A stretch of 64,000 nucleotides of DNA from Macrostomum lignano (taxonomy: Eukaryota), in contig NIVC01000038.1 of assembly GCA_002269645.1 (NCBI GenBank), positions 372,001 to 436,000 on the forward strand, in the 5' to 3' direction. The stretch's first letter is position 1. The number at the start of each line of letters is the position of its first letter. Both the position numbers and the translations under genes were made by a program. The notes beneath the pieces were generated by a model. It was not told the DNA's origin. It was given only the letters and a program-made list of their open reading frames with translations, and made no database searches. Below are positions 11,040-22,157 of this stretch, one piece after another.

Positions 11040-12857
11040 TATTCTTTTTGCCACAAGACTTGAAGCTCTGCATCTGTTCCCGATGTACCTTCTTGTATAC
11101 GCTGTTGTCGAGCTTGATGATAGCCGTGTTTCGACCAGTCGGTAAGACGACTTTAGCCAACAATGGAGCTCTCTCAGTCTTTTACACGACCTAGTCATAT
11201 CCAGAAAAACCTGTCATCAAAGGATTCCGAATGTTCCGACCAAAACCTCTCCGACGGTGTACGGCCATCGTTTCCTTTTAATGAAACAGCAGGAATCTGT
11301 CAATGTTTTTTTTGGCTCAAACCTAATGCTAACACGGATTCTTTCACAGTGCGTACAAATCGTTCAGCCACCCCATTACTCTGAGGGTGGTACGGAGGTG
11401 TTGTTACATGCTGCAGCCAATAGCTTTCAGCTATTGCGTTGTCTCCGCTGAGACGAAGCTGGACCCATTATCAGTCACAAGAGTCTTAGGTACACCCCAC
11501 TGCGGAAACGTCCTTCTAAATCGGGAAATTACTGTCGACGGTTCCATATTGGCTGTCAAATGTACTTCTGGGTAGTTGGACATGGCATCCACAAGTATTA
11601 ACAAGTACTGGCCATCTATGGGACCTGGAAAATCAGCATGTACTCGCTCACATGGCTCCGTGGCTGTTGGCTAAGATGTCAAGAAGCTTCGATTGCGTGG
11701 CTTCACCTCTTTATCCAAACCGGGCCACCAGAACTGGAATCTCAAAAGTGACAAAGTTCGATCTATGCCCAAATGGGTGCTGTGCGCTGTCTGAATTGCA
11801 GAAAACCCAAGAATCTTTGGCAGAACAATTCGCGCATCTCTGCTGACAAGGTCTGACTGAATCGTTAGTTCATCCGAAACTGCCTTCAAGAGACGGATAG
11901 TCGGGTGGGTGAAGTTACCGGACCGAATAGTTTCTTTCAGCAGAACAATTTTTGGGCAATCCTTTGATTGTTTTTTCACCTCCTAAGCAGACATGATCGT
12001 TAAAGTTAGTTCAATGCTCCCTAACAGTGTATGTTTTGACTGTTTCATCCCTTAACAATCGAGACAAGGCGTCTGATTTCATAAATTTTGACCTCTGATA
12101 TTCGATAGTAAAGTCGAAAGCCATCAACGATATCGCCCACCTCTGTAGTCGTGCTGACACGCGCATAGGCCAACCTTTGTTGGGTCTAAAAATGTACGTC
12201 AGCGGTCTGTGATCTGTGATTAGAGTGAAGTGACGCCTGCAAGAAACCGCTGGCACCTTTGCGTTGACCAGATAATTGCTAGGGCCTCCCTGTCAGCCTC
12301 TGACAGTCTTTTGCTGATATACAAACAGGCATGTTGTCTTGAATCAGAACTCCACCAAGTCCTTTTAACCATTTTAACCAGCCTTTTTCAGTCCTTCCCA
12401 GCGTTAAACTCCAACGTCATAGGTTTCTTTGGGTCGAAGTTTACCGGAGCTGTATTTTCCGTCAGCATGGACTTGAGGGTCGTACTATAAAGCTGTCGTA
12501 CCGTAAGTTCGAACGTACGTCGGAACTTTTACACTGCGGAGATAGGAGCTAAGAACGATCTTATCTTACGATGGCTTTATAGAACGGGCCCTTGATCCGC
12601 ATGAATGCTTCGTCTTGCTCAGATCCCCATTGAAAATCATTTCTTTTTGCACATTAATCTAATTGGCGGTTCAAGATAGTGTGAAAGATTTGGCACAAAC
12701 CGTCCACAAAATCTGACGAGCCCAATGAATGATTTGGAATCCTCATCAAGTTCAACTTGATTGTTCGCGGCTTTCAAATCCAATCTCGTGTAAAGCCGGC
12801 ATCCTGCCACCGTACTGAAAGCCTCTTCAGGAGTCAGTGTGGGGTGACTATCCTTCA
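11040..12857 (-). mobile_element. Degenerate Ty3/gypsy #2, downstream part (RT end, RNase H, integrase)
   Basis: RT DSHPTLTPEEAF...LDLKAA; RNase H TDHRPL...RLQRWA...DALSRL; integrase HSTHLG...WWPGL, HADFPGP...LVDAMS...[24 protein letters not shown]. Confidence 0.88.
12477..12591 (-). mobile_element. 115-bp MITE, copy 2 (4-bp TSD TTGA), inserted in gypsy #2
   Basis: Reverse complement of 6165-6279 with 6 substitutions by hand count; TTGA at 12473-12476 and 12592-12595. Confidence 0.85.
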
Positions 12858-13099
12858 TTGATAGTAGAAAGACCACGCTATTTTCCCCATGGGGAAAGAC
12901 CACGGGGGTGTATTACAAATACACACAACCCATTTTACGATAACTTGCAAACCGAATAACCGATTTTCGTAAAAGTCCACCATTTAGATCAAAATTTTCC
13001 GCCCTTTCCAACAAATTAACTTTCAAAGTCATCCGACGACAGCATCGTGGAGATATTCAACAATTCTTGTCCAAGACACTGGTGACAAAGACAAACAAC

Positions 13100-14343
13100 T
13101 ACGGGGTACTGCGGGCCGGCCACCGGCGGAGGGGGAACCTAGGGAGGGCGAGGCTCCTGTTGGGCCGAAAGGAACCACAGCAACCCCTGCCCCCCAGGAT
13201 ACAACCCCCGCTGGTGAGCCACCCAGTATACTTCGGGAACCGCCGCCACCAACTACGCCTTAAAGGTCAAGCTCCGACCGGCGGTCATCGTCTTCGGGGA
13301 AGGGCAGGACCTCACGGCCGACGAGCTCGACAGTGCCTGGCGCACCATCGATGCTGCGCTCATCGACCAGCTCCTGGCGGGCCGCCCTGTGAGCGTGGTC
13401 AAGTCTGCCAAGACCGACGGCTGCATCTTCATCTGGTGCAGCTCGGAGGAGAGCAGCCGCAATCTACGCGAGCTTCTGCCAAAGCTGAACTGGCCCAAGA
13501 AGCTCGGAAAGCTCGTCTTCGCCAGCGAGGGCGAACGACAAAAGACCCAGCGCTTTCGCGTCTGGATCCCGGCCGGCAGTGCCATTAAGTCCGGAGACCA
13601 GCTTAGGCAAATATTGCTAAAGCTGCACCCTGACCTTGAGGTCAACGGGCTCCTACACCACGCCTCTTCCCGGAAGGAGAAGGGGGCTTACGGTGATCCT
13701 AGGGCTCTCTGATGACTGGGCTAAGCGCTTGCCGCCTAAGTCCACAATTCATATTGGTCTGACTCAGCTGACCATCCTCCGTTGCGAAGAGCGGAAAGCT
13801 GATGAAGCCAAGAATGCCAAGGCTTCCGAAACCGGAACTGGGGCCCAGGCTCCTCCGGCAAAGAAGCCGAGGCAAACGGCTGATCCTATGCCCGGTAAGG
13901 CAGTTCGCGCTGATGAAACCGGAAATCGCAATCGCCGACCCGCCAGGAGCACCCGGAGGTCCGGCCTGATCCAGCGCGCGCTGGACCAGGCCAAGAACCT
14001 TCGTGCGCATCGTGAGCGGGCCCGCGCTTCTCGTGCTCCACCCCAACAGCCAGAAGGCCAGGCTCTAAGCGGGGAGGCTCCGACCGACTGGTTCGAGTCT
14101 GTGACTCACCAGGAGGCTGGCGCCACCCGCATCGACCTGACCATCGAGGCAGAGGGGACGGGCAGTGACAGCACCGAAGCACGCAGGGGAGGCGACGGTA
14201 ACGTCCACGCTGGGCTCACGTCCGCGGAGGACTCCACAGCCACCCTAACTGCTGAGGACGCTGAAACTCCCATGGAGGTCTGCGGGTCACCCACCACTGA
14301 AAAGGAGGAGGATGACCTGCTCAACGATTCCCCAACTGCGTGA
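13100..14343 (+). pseudogene. LINE ORF1 (frameshifted; resembles DUF4780-type ORF1 of LOA/R1 elements)
   Basis: ORF pieces 13389-13712 and 13636-14343 join through one frameshift; lies directly upstream of ORF2. Start position approximate. Confidence 0.6.
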
Positions 14344-14345
14344 TA

Positions 14346-17300
14346 ATGATCAGCAACCAGGGAATCAATTGCCTGCAGATTAATCTGCAGCACTGCGTCG
14401 CAGCCTCGGTCAACCTTATGCGTTACGCTGAGCTCGCCAAGCCGGGACTCATCCTCGTCCAGGAACCCTGGACTCTTAGAGGTAAGCCTCGAAACGCCCC
14501 TGCTGGCTACAATTGTTTTTATACTTACCCTCGCGAGCCCAACCAGCCTCCCAGAGCTTGCATCTTTGCGAGCAAAACGCTCAGTGCATGGCTCAGATCG
14601 GACCTGTCCAACAGGGACATCTGCGTCATCCAATCCGAGGACCTCCTTCCTGGGAAGACCAACCTCATTGCCTCGGTTTACCTACCAGGCGATGCTGCGG
14701 TCGTCCCCAGAGCCCTCGCTACGCTGGTAGAGCTCTGCTCTGCCAAAAACTACGAGCTCATGGTTGCCGGCGACATCAACGCCCACCACACTCACTGGGG
14801 CAGCACTGGCATTAATCAGAGAGGCGAAGACCTCCTAGCCTACGTTGCCTCTACGACCCTCGAGTTCTGCAACTCTGGTCCACCCCTACCTTTGACAACG
14901 GACGGTGGTCGGAGGTGATCGACGCTACGCTCGCAACGCTCAGACTCTACCAGAGTATTGGGGCGTGGCAGGTGCTTCCAGTGTCCTCACTCTCGGATCA
15001 CAAGTTCATCTCCTTCAACCTATTGGCCGCGTGTAGCGCAACTCGTGTTACGTGGAGACGGAACGCCAGAAACACTGATTGGGAAACCTTCGGGCTCGCC
15101 CTGAAGGAATTCCATCGGTCTCCTGGCCAACCATCCACGATCACGTCGTGCCGAGAGGCGGATGAGTGCGCGGCTGTTTTGACAGAGACGCTAACCGCCG
15201 CCTTTGAGGCGTCCTGCCCTTTAAAAGCCTATAAAGGGAAAAAATCGGCGCCGTGGTGGAATCCCGAGCTCGGCCACCTCCGTCGCAGGGCTAAGAGACT
15301 CCACCGCAGAGCAACTAAAACTAAGAGCCCTGCGGACCAAACCGCCTATCATGAAGCAATCCATGAGTTTAAAAGGCAGGTTAGGAATGCAAAGGCTAAA
15401 AAATGGTGACAATACTGTGAGGAGCTAGAGGGCTCACGCCCCACCTCCAGAGTTGTGAAAGCGCTCACGCTGGACAAAATGTCTAAGCTCTCCTCGGTCA
15501 AACGCACCGACGGTACGTCCACGGACAACCCAGGGGAAACGCTTGATGTAATGCTCACTTCGTTTTTCCCCAACGAGCTAGCTAGCCCGACCACTCCGGA
15601 TCACTCGGAGGGAGGTCACGCGCTGGCTGCCTCTATCATCACGGAGGACCGCATCGTGAGAGCGGCTAACTCCTTCAAGCCTTTCAAAGCCCCAGGACCC
15701 GACGGCATTGTACCGGCCCTTCTAAGAGAGGCGGTTAAATGCCCAGGCTTCCTGCGCAAACTTTGCAGCCTTCTTCAGGCATGCATCACGCTTGGTTATG
15801 TCCCACAGGCATGGACCGAGGCAAAGGTGATTTTTATCCCTAAGCCAGGCCGCCCGGACTACCATTCTATCAAATCCTTCAGACCGATCAGCTTGACCTC
15901 CTCCCTGGTCAAGCTGATGGAGAGACTGGTGCTTTGGCGCCTTCTCTCTGTAGAGCTGAAGAACAAACTTCTCAGCGAGAACCAGCACGCTTTTCGGGCG
16001 GGTCGCTCCACTGAAAGCGCGCTGCACGTCCTGGTCGATAAACTCGAGAAGGCCGTGCTTGGTAATGGCTTTGCTCTGGGGATCTTCCTGGACATCATTT
16101 GCGCCTTCGATAACGTCCTCTTTGAGGCGTTCCGAAGAGCTCTTTGTGAGAGGCAAACGCACTCACATCTCACCAGATGGATCATGTACATGACCAGCCA
16201 TCGCACGGCCACCGCCAGTCTGCTGGGCTACCAGAGGACGGTCCCCGTCTGCAAAGGTAGCCCGCAAGGTGGGGTGCTGTCTCCAGTTCTCTGGAATATG
16301 GTCATCGATGAGCTCCTCCGGGATGTTCGGCCTGACCCCATTCTGAAAGTTGGATATGCGGACGATGTCACCGCGGTGGCATCTGGTCCGTCCCCTGATA
16401 CCCTCAGGGACCTTCTTCAGAACTTTATCTACGCTGCTGAGCAATGGGCGGACCGCTGTGGTTTAAGGCTCTCTGAGACTAAGACCGCAGCGATCATGTT
16501 CACCAGCAGGACCAAGTGGCAGATTCGGCCGCTCACGCTTTACGGAAGGGAAATCCCCTTCTGCAAGCAGACTAAATGTCTGGGTATTACCCTGGACCAC
16601 AGGCTGAACTGGTCACCCCACGTTCAAACAAAAGCCAAAAAGGCCTTCGCAGTCCTCGCGCAATTGCGCAGGGCTGTCGGCACCACCTGGGGGCTCACCC
16701 CCAAGCGCCTCTGGTGGATCTACACTGCAATGGTTAGGCCCGCTATCTCGTATGGCGGCCTGATCTGGGCTAGCGCCCTACAGATAAAGACCTGTCTAAA
16801 GGCTCTCAGGAGAGCGCAAGGGCGCGCATGTCGCACGATCATGAGCCCCCCTTCGTCTGCTCCTTACGATGGCCTCAACGCCTTCCTCAACATTCCTCCG
16901 CTGGACATCTTTGTCCGCAGGGAAGCGGCTAAGACTGCCCGCCGTCTAGCTGACACTGGCATTCAAATCCAGCCCCATAGGGCCATGGCTAAGCGCAAGC
17001 TTCTGCCCCACGCTGACCTCTGCCTCAAGGACTTGAGAGATAGCGGCGGGCTCCACGTCCTATCTGACGGCGAACCCCGCACTCTCAACCTCTTTCAGCG
17101 CTACAAGGTCACCATCCCCTCTAGGGATGCTGCCAATGACCACTGGAATTTCCAGGAGGTCCATTGCTACACGGACGGATCCATCAAAGACGGTCGCGCC
17201 GGCTTTGGGGTCTGCATCATCATCAACGGCCGCGTAATTGCCACGCATGCCCAGCACACTGGTAGACTCTCCACAGTCTTCCAGAACGAAGTCCTTGCCA

Positions 17301-18043
17301 TCAGCTCTTGCGCTGCGGGCTGAATGCCAAGGGAGGAAAGACTATTGTCATCCACTCCGACAGCCAAGCGGCCTTACAGGCCATTTGCCACACCACAACG
17401 AACTCCCGGACAGTCGCCGACTGCGCCCGGCAGCTCAACCTCCTGGCCAGAAGCAATACTGTCAGGCTGAAGTGGATCCCAGGGCACGCAGGGTTTCCGG
17501 GGAACGAGCTGGCAGACACCCTCGCCAAGAGGGGCGGCTCTGGCTCTTTCTTCGGCCCTGCCCCCCTGGTCCCTATGCCCTTGACAGTCATCAATCGTCA
17601 GATCGACGACTGGGCTGACTCCCTCCACAGCGACAGATGGGCGGGCACCCAAAACTGCCGGCAATCTCGTGCCGCGGTTCCTTGCCCGTCTCGCAGGCTC
17701 AGAAACATCCTTCTGAACCAGAATCGGAAGGATATTCGAGCCCTTGTCATGACTTTTACCGGCCATGGCTACCTCGCCAGGCACTGCTTCCTCTGAGGCG
17801 ACCTCGAGAGCGAACTTTGCCCCTTTTGCGAGTGTGACAATGAAGATGCTCAGCACTTTGTCTGTCACTGCCCCTTCTTTAACAGAGACCGGCTACGCTA
17901 CCTCGGGCCGAACCCGTCCATTGACGAGGTCTGCCAGCCCGACAGCATCTCACGGCTCATCCAGTTCCTTCGGGCGACTAGACGAGCCAGTTTCTTCCCA
18001 ACGGAAGATCACGCTTCAGGACGGACCGGCGGACCACCCTGAC
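14346..18043 (+). pseudogene. LINE ORF2 polyprotein with 2 frameshifts and 2 in-frame TGA stops
   Basis: Frameshifts near 14900 and 17310; TGA at 15407-15409 and 17794-17796; motifs as listed for the element. Confidence 0.9.
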
Positions 18044-18389
18044 CGGCCCCACGCCTCTGCCTGTCTGCGGGCCTTCAGGGGCTAGCGGAATGGGCGACCC
18101 TCGCCTCCCCGCTGTGTCTACGGACCACCCTGCAGCTAAGTCAAGTAAGTCATGTCTGCATATTATACAATGGTCCTGCACCATGTTCAGCATTCAACTC
18201 TGTCTGGACGACCTTCGGGACCTTCAACGGAGTGCCACAAAGCGGCCCCGAGGAGCTGGCACCCCCAACATCGTAATTTTTCTATCAAGGCACTAAACGA
18301 GGCATGTCAACATATTATACAATGGTCCTGCAACATGTTCAATTCAAAACTGCCGAATATCATCAGCGGACTGCCTCAACGGACAAGCT

Positions 18390-19080
18390 CTACGGCATGA
18401 CACCTTTGTCAGTCAGCTGCGCTATCCTGTCCTTTCCGGGCCGTACCTCTGCGTCGACAAAACTCTGGTTGTCTATTATTGGGATGTGAACTGTGACTTC
18501 ACGGTCTTTCTGAAGGAGAAGCCCGGTCGCAATGGTGCCAAGTTGTTCCTGCTGACATCGGCTGGGAATCCAGAGATTCAGGATGACATGGACATCCGCT
18601 ACGTGTTCAATGCGGAAAACTGCACTGGCAAAGGACGCTGCTGTCCACTACTTTTGCATCACAGGAATCCGAGGCTCGGCTGGCCAAGGGCTCAGAGGTG
18701 TAGCGTGGTGAGCAAGTTGTTTGCCGCTTGGCTGATCCATTCAGAGGACACCGGTACAACATAACATGTCACAGATTCTTCTCGAGTCCTGCGCTGGTTA
18801 ATCACTTGTACCAAGCAAGAAATGGGATTCACGTTTCTTGGAACAGTGATGCGCACTCGTGGTGGCCTGCCAGCCGATCTCAAGATTTCAACTCAAACCA
18901 TGGCTCCACACACGAGCGAATTCCGGTCTTCTGAGGAGCTCACGTGTGTGTCCTACTCCTACTGCCCCAAGGCGGGCCGAAACGTGATGTTGCTGTCCAC
19001 CATGCATCACGACAGACAATTGATTTCCAATGGTAAGCCTGTAGCAATAGGCTCGTACTACAATTCTACCAAGTGTAGAT
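18390..19080 (+). pseudogene. Degenerate piggyBac DDD transposase
   Basis: GPYLCVDKTLV...KPGRNGAKLF; RYNITCHRFFSSPALVNHL; FLGTVMRTRGGLP; VSYSYCPKAGRNVMLLSTMHHD...YYNSTK, spread over shifting frames. Confidence 0.85.
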
Positions 19081-19604
19081 TGGCTGGCCAATCGCTGTTA
19101 GCGGGGCCGGGGGGCTTGTCGTCGCCCGTGTTTGGGGGTGCTTGGTCCGGGGGTGGGTGCGCCGCCCCCGGGGCGGGGGTGGGTGTCTATGGGGCCTTTT
19201 TAGCCCCGTGGGTTGTGCCCGCCTCAGGCTATCTCTCCTCGCCAGCTTGCATGCGTTTTTTTTCTGCTTTTAGCCCTCTTTCTCGCAATTCCTGCAACTT
19301 CATTTTTCCTTTCGCTTCGTTTACCTTTTACTCTTCCAAATAGTTTTTTCGAATGCTTTCCAAATATACTCGTGTCTCGTAAGTTGCCCATGCAGGGCGG
19401 TAGGATGTTTTGCTCGTGCTCTGCAATCCTTGCCTTTGCTCTCTCCCTCCGGCCGTTCCGCTAAGAGTGGCACAGACACCTGTAACAGGAAAATTTTAGC
19501 CCGTGTTCAGGATTTTCATGGCAATTGGTTGAATATTTTAGGCAATCCAGACAAAGGAAAATGTGTGTATTTGAAATACACCCCCATGGTCTTTCTACTG
19601 TTAA

Positions 19605-19850
19605 CTGTGGGCTTAACGGTTGCTTGTAATCCACACAGTCTTAGCCTGCCATCAGCCATGGGGAGATGAACTATTGGTGATTCCCATTGAGAAAACGTCA
19701 CAGGCTCAAGAGCCGCGCCTTGACAGATTTAGGTTGTGCATCCAGAATGAGTTGTAGCCTCGCTTGAAACCTGCCATTGCCATTAGCCACATCGCTTGCA
19801 CATGCCTTCGCGAAGTCAATCTCTATGGTTAAAACATCCTTACCGAGTAG
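19605..19850 (-). mobile_element. Gypsy #2, upstream part (RT N-terminus)
   Basis: FSQWESPIVHLPMADGRLRLCG; rejoins 12857 in frame across a single TTAA. Confidence 0.8.
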
Positions 19851-19986
19851 TGCGAAAAAGCGGAGAAAGGGGAGTGAGGGGGAGAGAGAGGGGGGGAGAG
19901 AGGAGGGAAGTACTGGGTGGTGGCTGAAATGCGGTTTTGAGGCTGAGAATTTTGAAGAGATTTTCAGAATTTTACCTGTGATTTAT

Positions 19987-20130
19987 GGCTGCTGTCAGAG
20001 TGGCAGATGTCAGTCACGGCTGCTGTCAGAGTGGCAGACGTCAGTCACGGCTGCTGTCAGAGTGGCAGATGTCAGTCACGGCTGCTGTCAGAGTGGCAGA
20101 TGTCAGTCACGGCTGCTGTCAGAGTGGCAG
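19987..20130. repeat. 31-bp minisatellite, ~4.6 copies
   Basis: Unit ggctgctgtcagagtggcagatgtcagtcac. Confidence 0.95.
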
Positions 20131-20720
20131 GTGTTTCAAAGGTTTGTGCAGCCGGTTGCCAGAAAGATTTCACCGCCTCATCTCTCAGCTGCCTCCCTTT
20201 TGCAGCCTCTGGCGAGCCAACCACCTCCGCCGGCCTTAGCAACCGAAACTTCTCTCCCGAGCATGAGCGCTGAGTCCGCCGCCTTCGCCTCTGTGCACCC
20301 AGCATGGCAACGGAGAGGCTGCGGCTGCAGCAGCCACCCCAAGCTGTACTTGATGAGGTTGAGCTGACCCATTGTGCCTTAGTGCAGTGTGAGATCTTAA
20401 AATGCATTTAATGGCCCACTGAGCGGTTTGAAATGCTGCTCAGTCCCTCACCTGTACTCAGTTTGTTTTGGTCTGTTCAAAGCAAAACAATGAATGGCTT
20501 GGAATCGCATCAGTTGGCAAGCAGCTCGGCTCTCTGCCCCTCTCTCTCTCTCTGTCTCACCCTCAATGCCGACCCGCCACTCCTTCCAGTGCGAATTGAG
20601 ACAAAGGGCTCAGGTGCGCTGCTGGCGCCTCCACGTTGATGCCATCAAGATGGCACCCGACAGTGTAATGGCGTCTGGTGGTGTCCAGGACCTGTGAAGC
20701 TCGTCTTCGCCCGACACCCA

Positions 20721-21170
20721 AGTGCTCAGGTCCCAGTCCAGAGTGACAGATCACAGTGCTCAGGTCCCAGCCCAGAGTGACAGATCACAGTGCTCAGGTC
20801 CCAGCCCAGAGTGACAGATCACAGTGCTCAGGTCCCAGCCCAGAGTGACAGATCACAGTGCTCGGGTCCCAGCCCAGAGTGACAGATCACAGTGCTCAGG
20901 TCCCAGTCCAGAGTGACAGATCACAGTGCTCAGGTCCCAGTCCAGAGTGACAGATCACAGTGCTCAGGTCCCAGCCCAGAGTGACAGATCACAGTGCTCA
21001 GGTCCTAGCCCAGAGTGACAGATCACAGTGCTCAGGTCCCAGCCCAGAGTGACAGATCACAGTGCTTAAGTCCCAGCCCAGAGTGACAGATCACAGTGCT
21101 TAAGTCCCAGCCCAGAGTGACAGATCACAGTGCTCAGGTCCCAGCCCAGAGTGACAGATCACAGTGCTCA
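20721..21170. repeat. 34-bp minisatellite, array A (~13 copies)
   Basis: Unit gtgctcaggtcccagcccagagtgacagatcaca. Confidence 0.95.
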
Positions 21171-22157
21171 GTATAATAGTTAGAAATCTCAAGTTATACT
21201 CTCTCTGAGTTAGAAGATAGATAGGAATTTATGAAATACCCAGGCGCAGTGAGGGGCGAGGCAGAAGAGCACATTGGAACCCCCAGTTTGTTATTAGAAC
21301 GGCAAACAGAAGCAGCTTTAAGATAATTAATCAACTTTCCAGTCAAATTTGAACAGCCGAATCTATAACAGCCCCTTTCCATTCCAGTGAGTAGCAACAC
21401 CCCGCCACAGGCACAATGGCTCAAAAACCGGCTGGGAGAAGCACGCGGCAGATTCTGGCGCACCCTGAGGGAGGTAAACGTGCGGCCCGCCTATCCAACC
21501 CGAAGCCGCCCAAGAATGCGAGATCAACCCCAAGCAGCTTGACAACCGAGAGAAAGAGGACTGTATAATCATCCAAGGACAGAGTTAAGAGACAGTAAAC
21601 TAAGCTCTTTTTCTATAATCTTTTTATCTCAAACTTTATCCAACTCAACACAGAGATTTGTAAAACCCCGAATAATCTCTAACCCTCACACTTAGCAACC
21701 TACTAGAAGTAACTAAATTCGTGTTAGTTACAACTGGGGTACTGAGTCTCAGATTTTATTGCTTAAACCCCCCCCGCCGTTGCTAACCACGCGAAGACAC
21801 CCGACCGGCGGCGGGGGAGGTCAAAAATGCCAATCTGTATAAAATAGACGCCCATCTCTCCAAACTGGAGCGGCGCTTCGTTTTTCTTGCGCGGTTTCAG
21901 ATATTAACTCGCTCCATTTGTGTTGGTCTCTGGATTATGCAAATCCGAATCTTCAGTCCAATTATTTGTCTTAAAGGTTGCACCGAGCAAATATTCGTGT
22001 GGTTCAAATTCAGCCTAGATACTGGGAGATCCCGTCAGTTTATTCGGTTTCCTCTGACGGACTGGAAGGAGAATCAAAGAGCTGTACGAACCTTAGACCA
22101 CTAGACCCACATCATAGAAGTGAGAAACGCAAAGGCCCCAGAGGAAAATGCGTATAC

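Larger units (their letters stand above)
13033..18151 (+). mobile_element. Near full-length non-LTR retrotransposon, LOA/R1 (I group): ORF1 plus ORF2 (APE, RT, RNase H, CCHC)
   Basis: APE QINLQHC...LVQEPW...GDINAHH...SDH; RT FRPISL, LDI..AFDNV, PQGGVLSP.LWN, YADD; RNase H YTDGS, SDSQAAL, WIPGHAG..GNELAD; knuckle CPFCECDNEDAQHFVCHC; 3' tail ctgcagctaagtcaagtaagtc; candidate TSD AAGTCAT (13026-13032 / 18147-18153). 5' end uncertain. Confidence 0.92.
12862..19600 (+). mobile_element. piggyBac-type DNA transposon inserted into the RT of gypsy #2 and carrying a LINE insertion
   Basis: TIRs (t/c)agtagaaagacca...gggggtgtatt(a/t)caaatacacaca at both ends; TTAA at 19601-19604 and TTGA at 12858-12861; internal piggyBac transposase remnant. 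Confidence 0.85.

Noticed and set aside
18070-18151. HDV-like ribozyme at the LINE 3' end (GCTAAG resembles J4/2; cctccccgc resembles L3)
   Set aside because: P2 gives only 3 bp, P3 and P1 cannot be formed, and pairing is not conserved in the sister copy. I also found no HDV fold at the presumed 5' end, though a covariance-model scan would be needed to exclude it.
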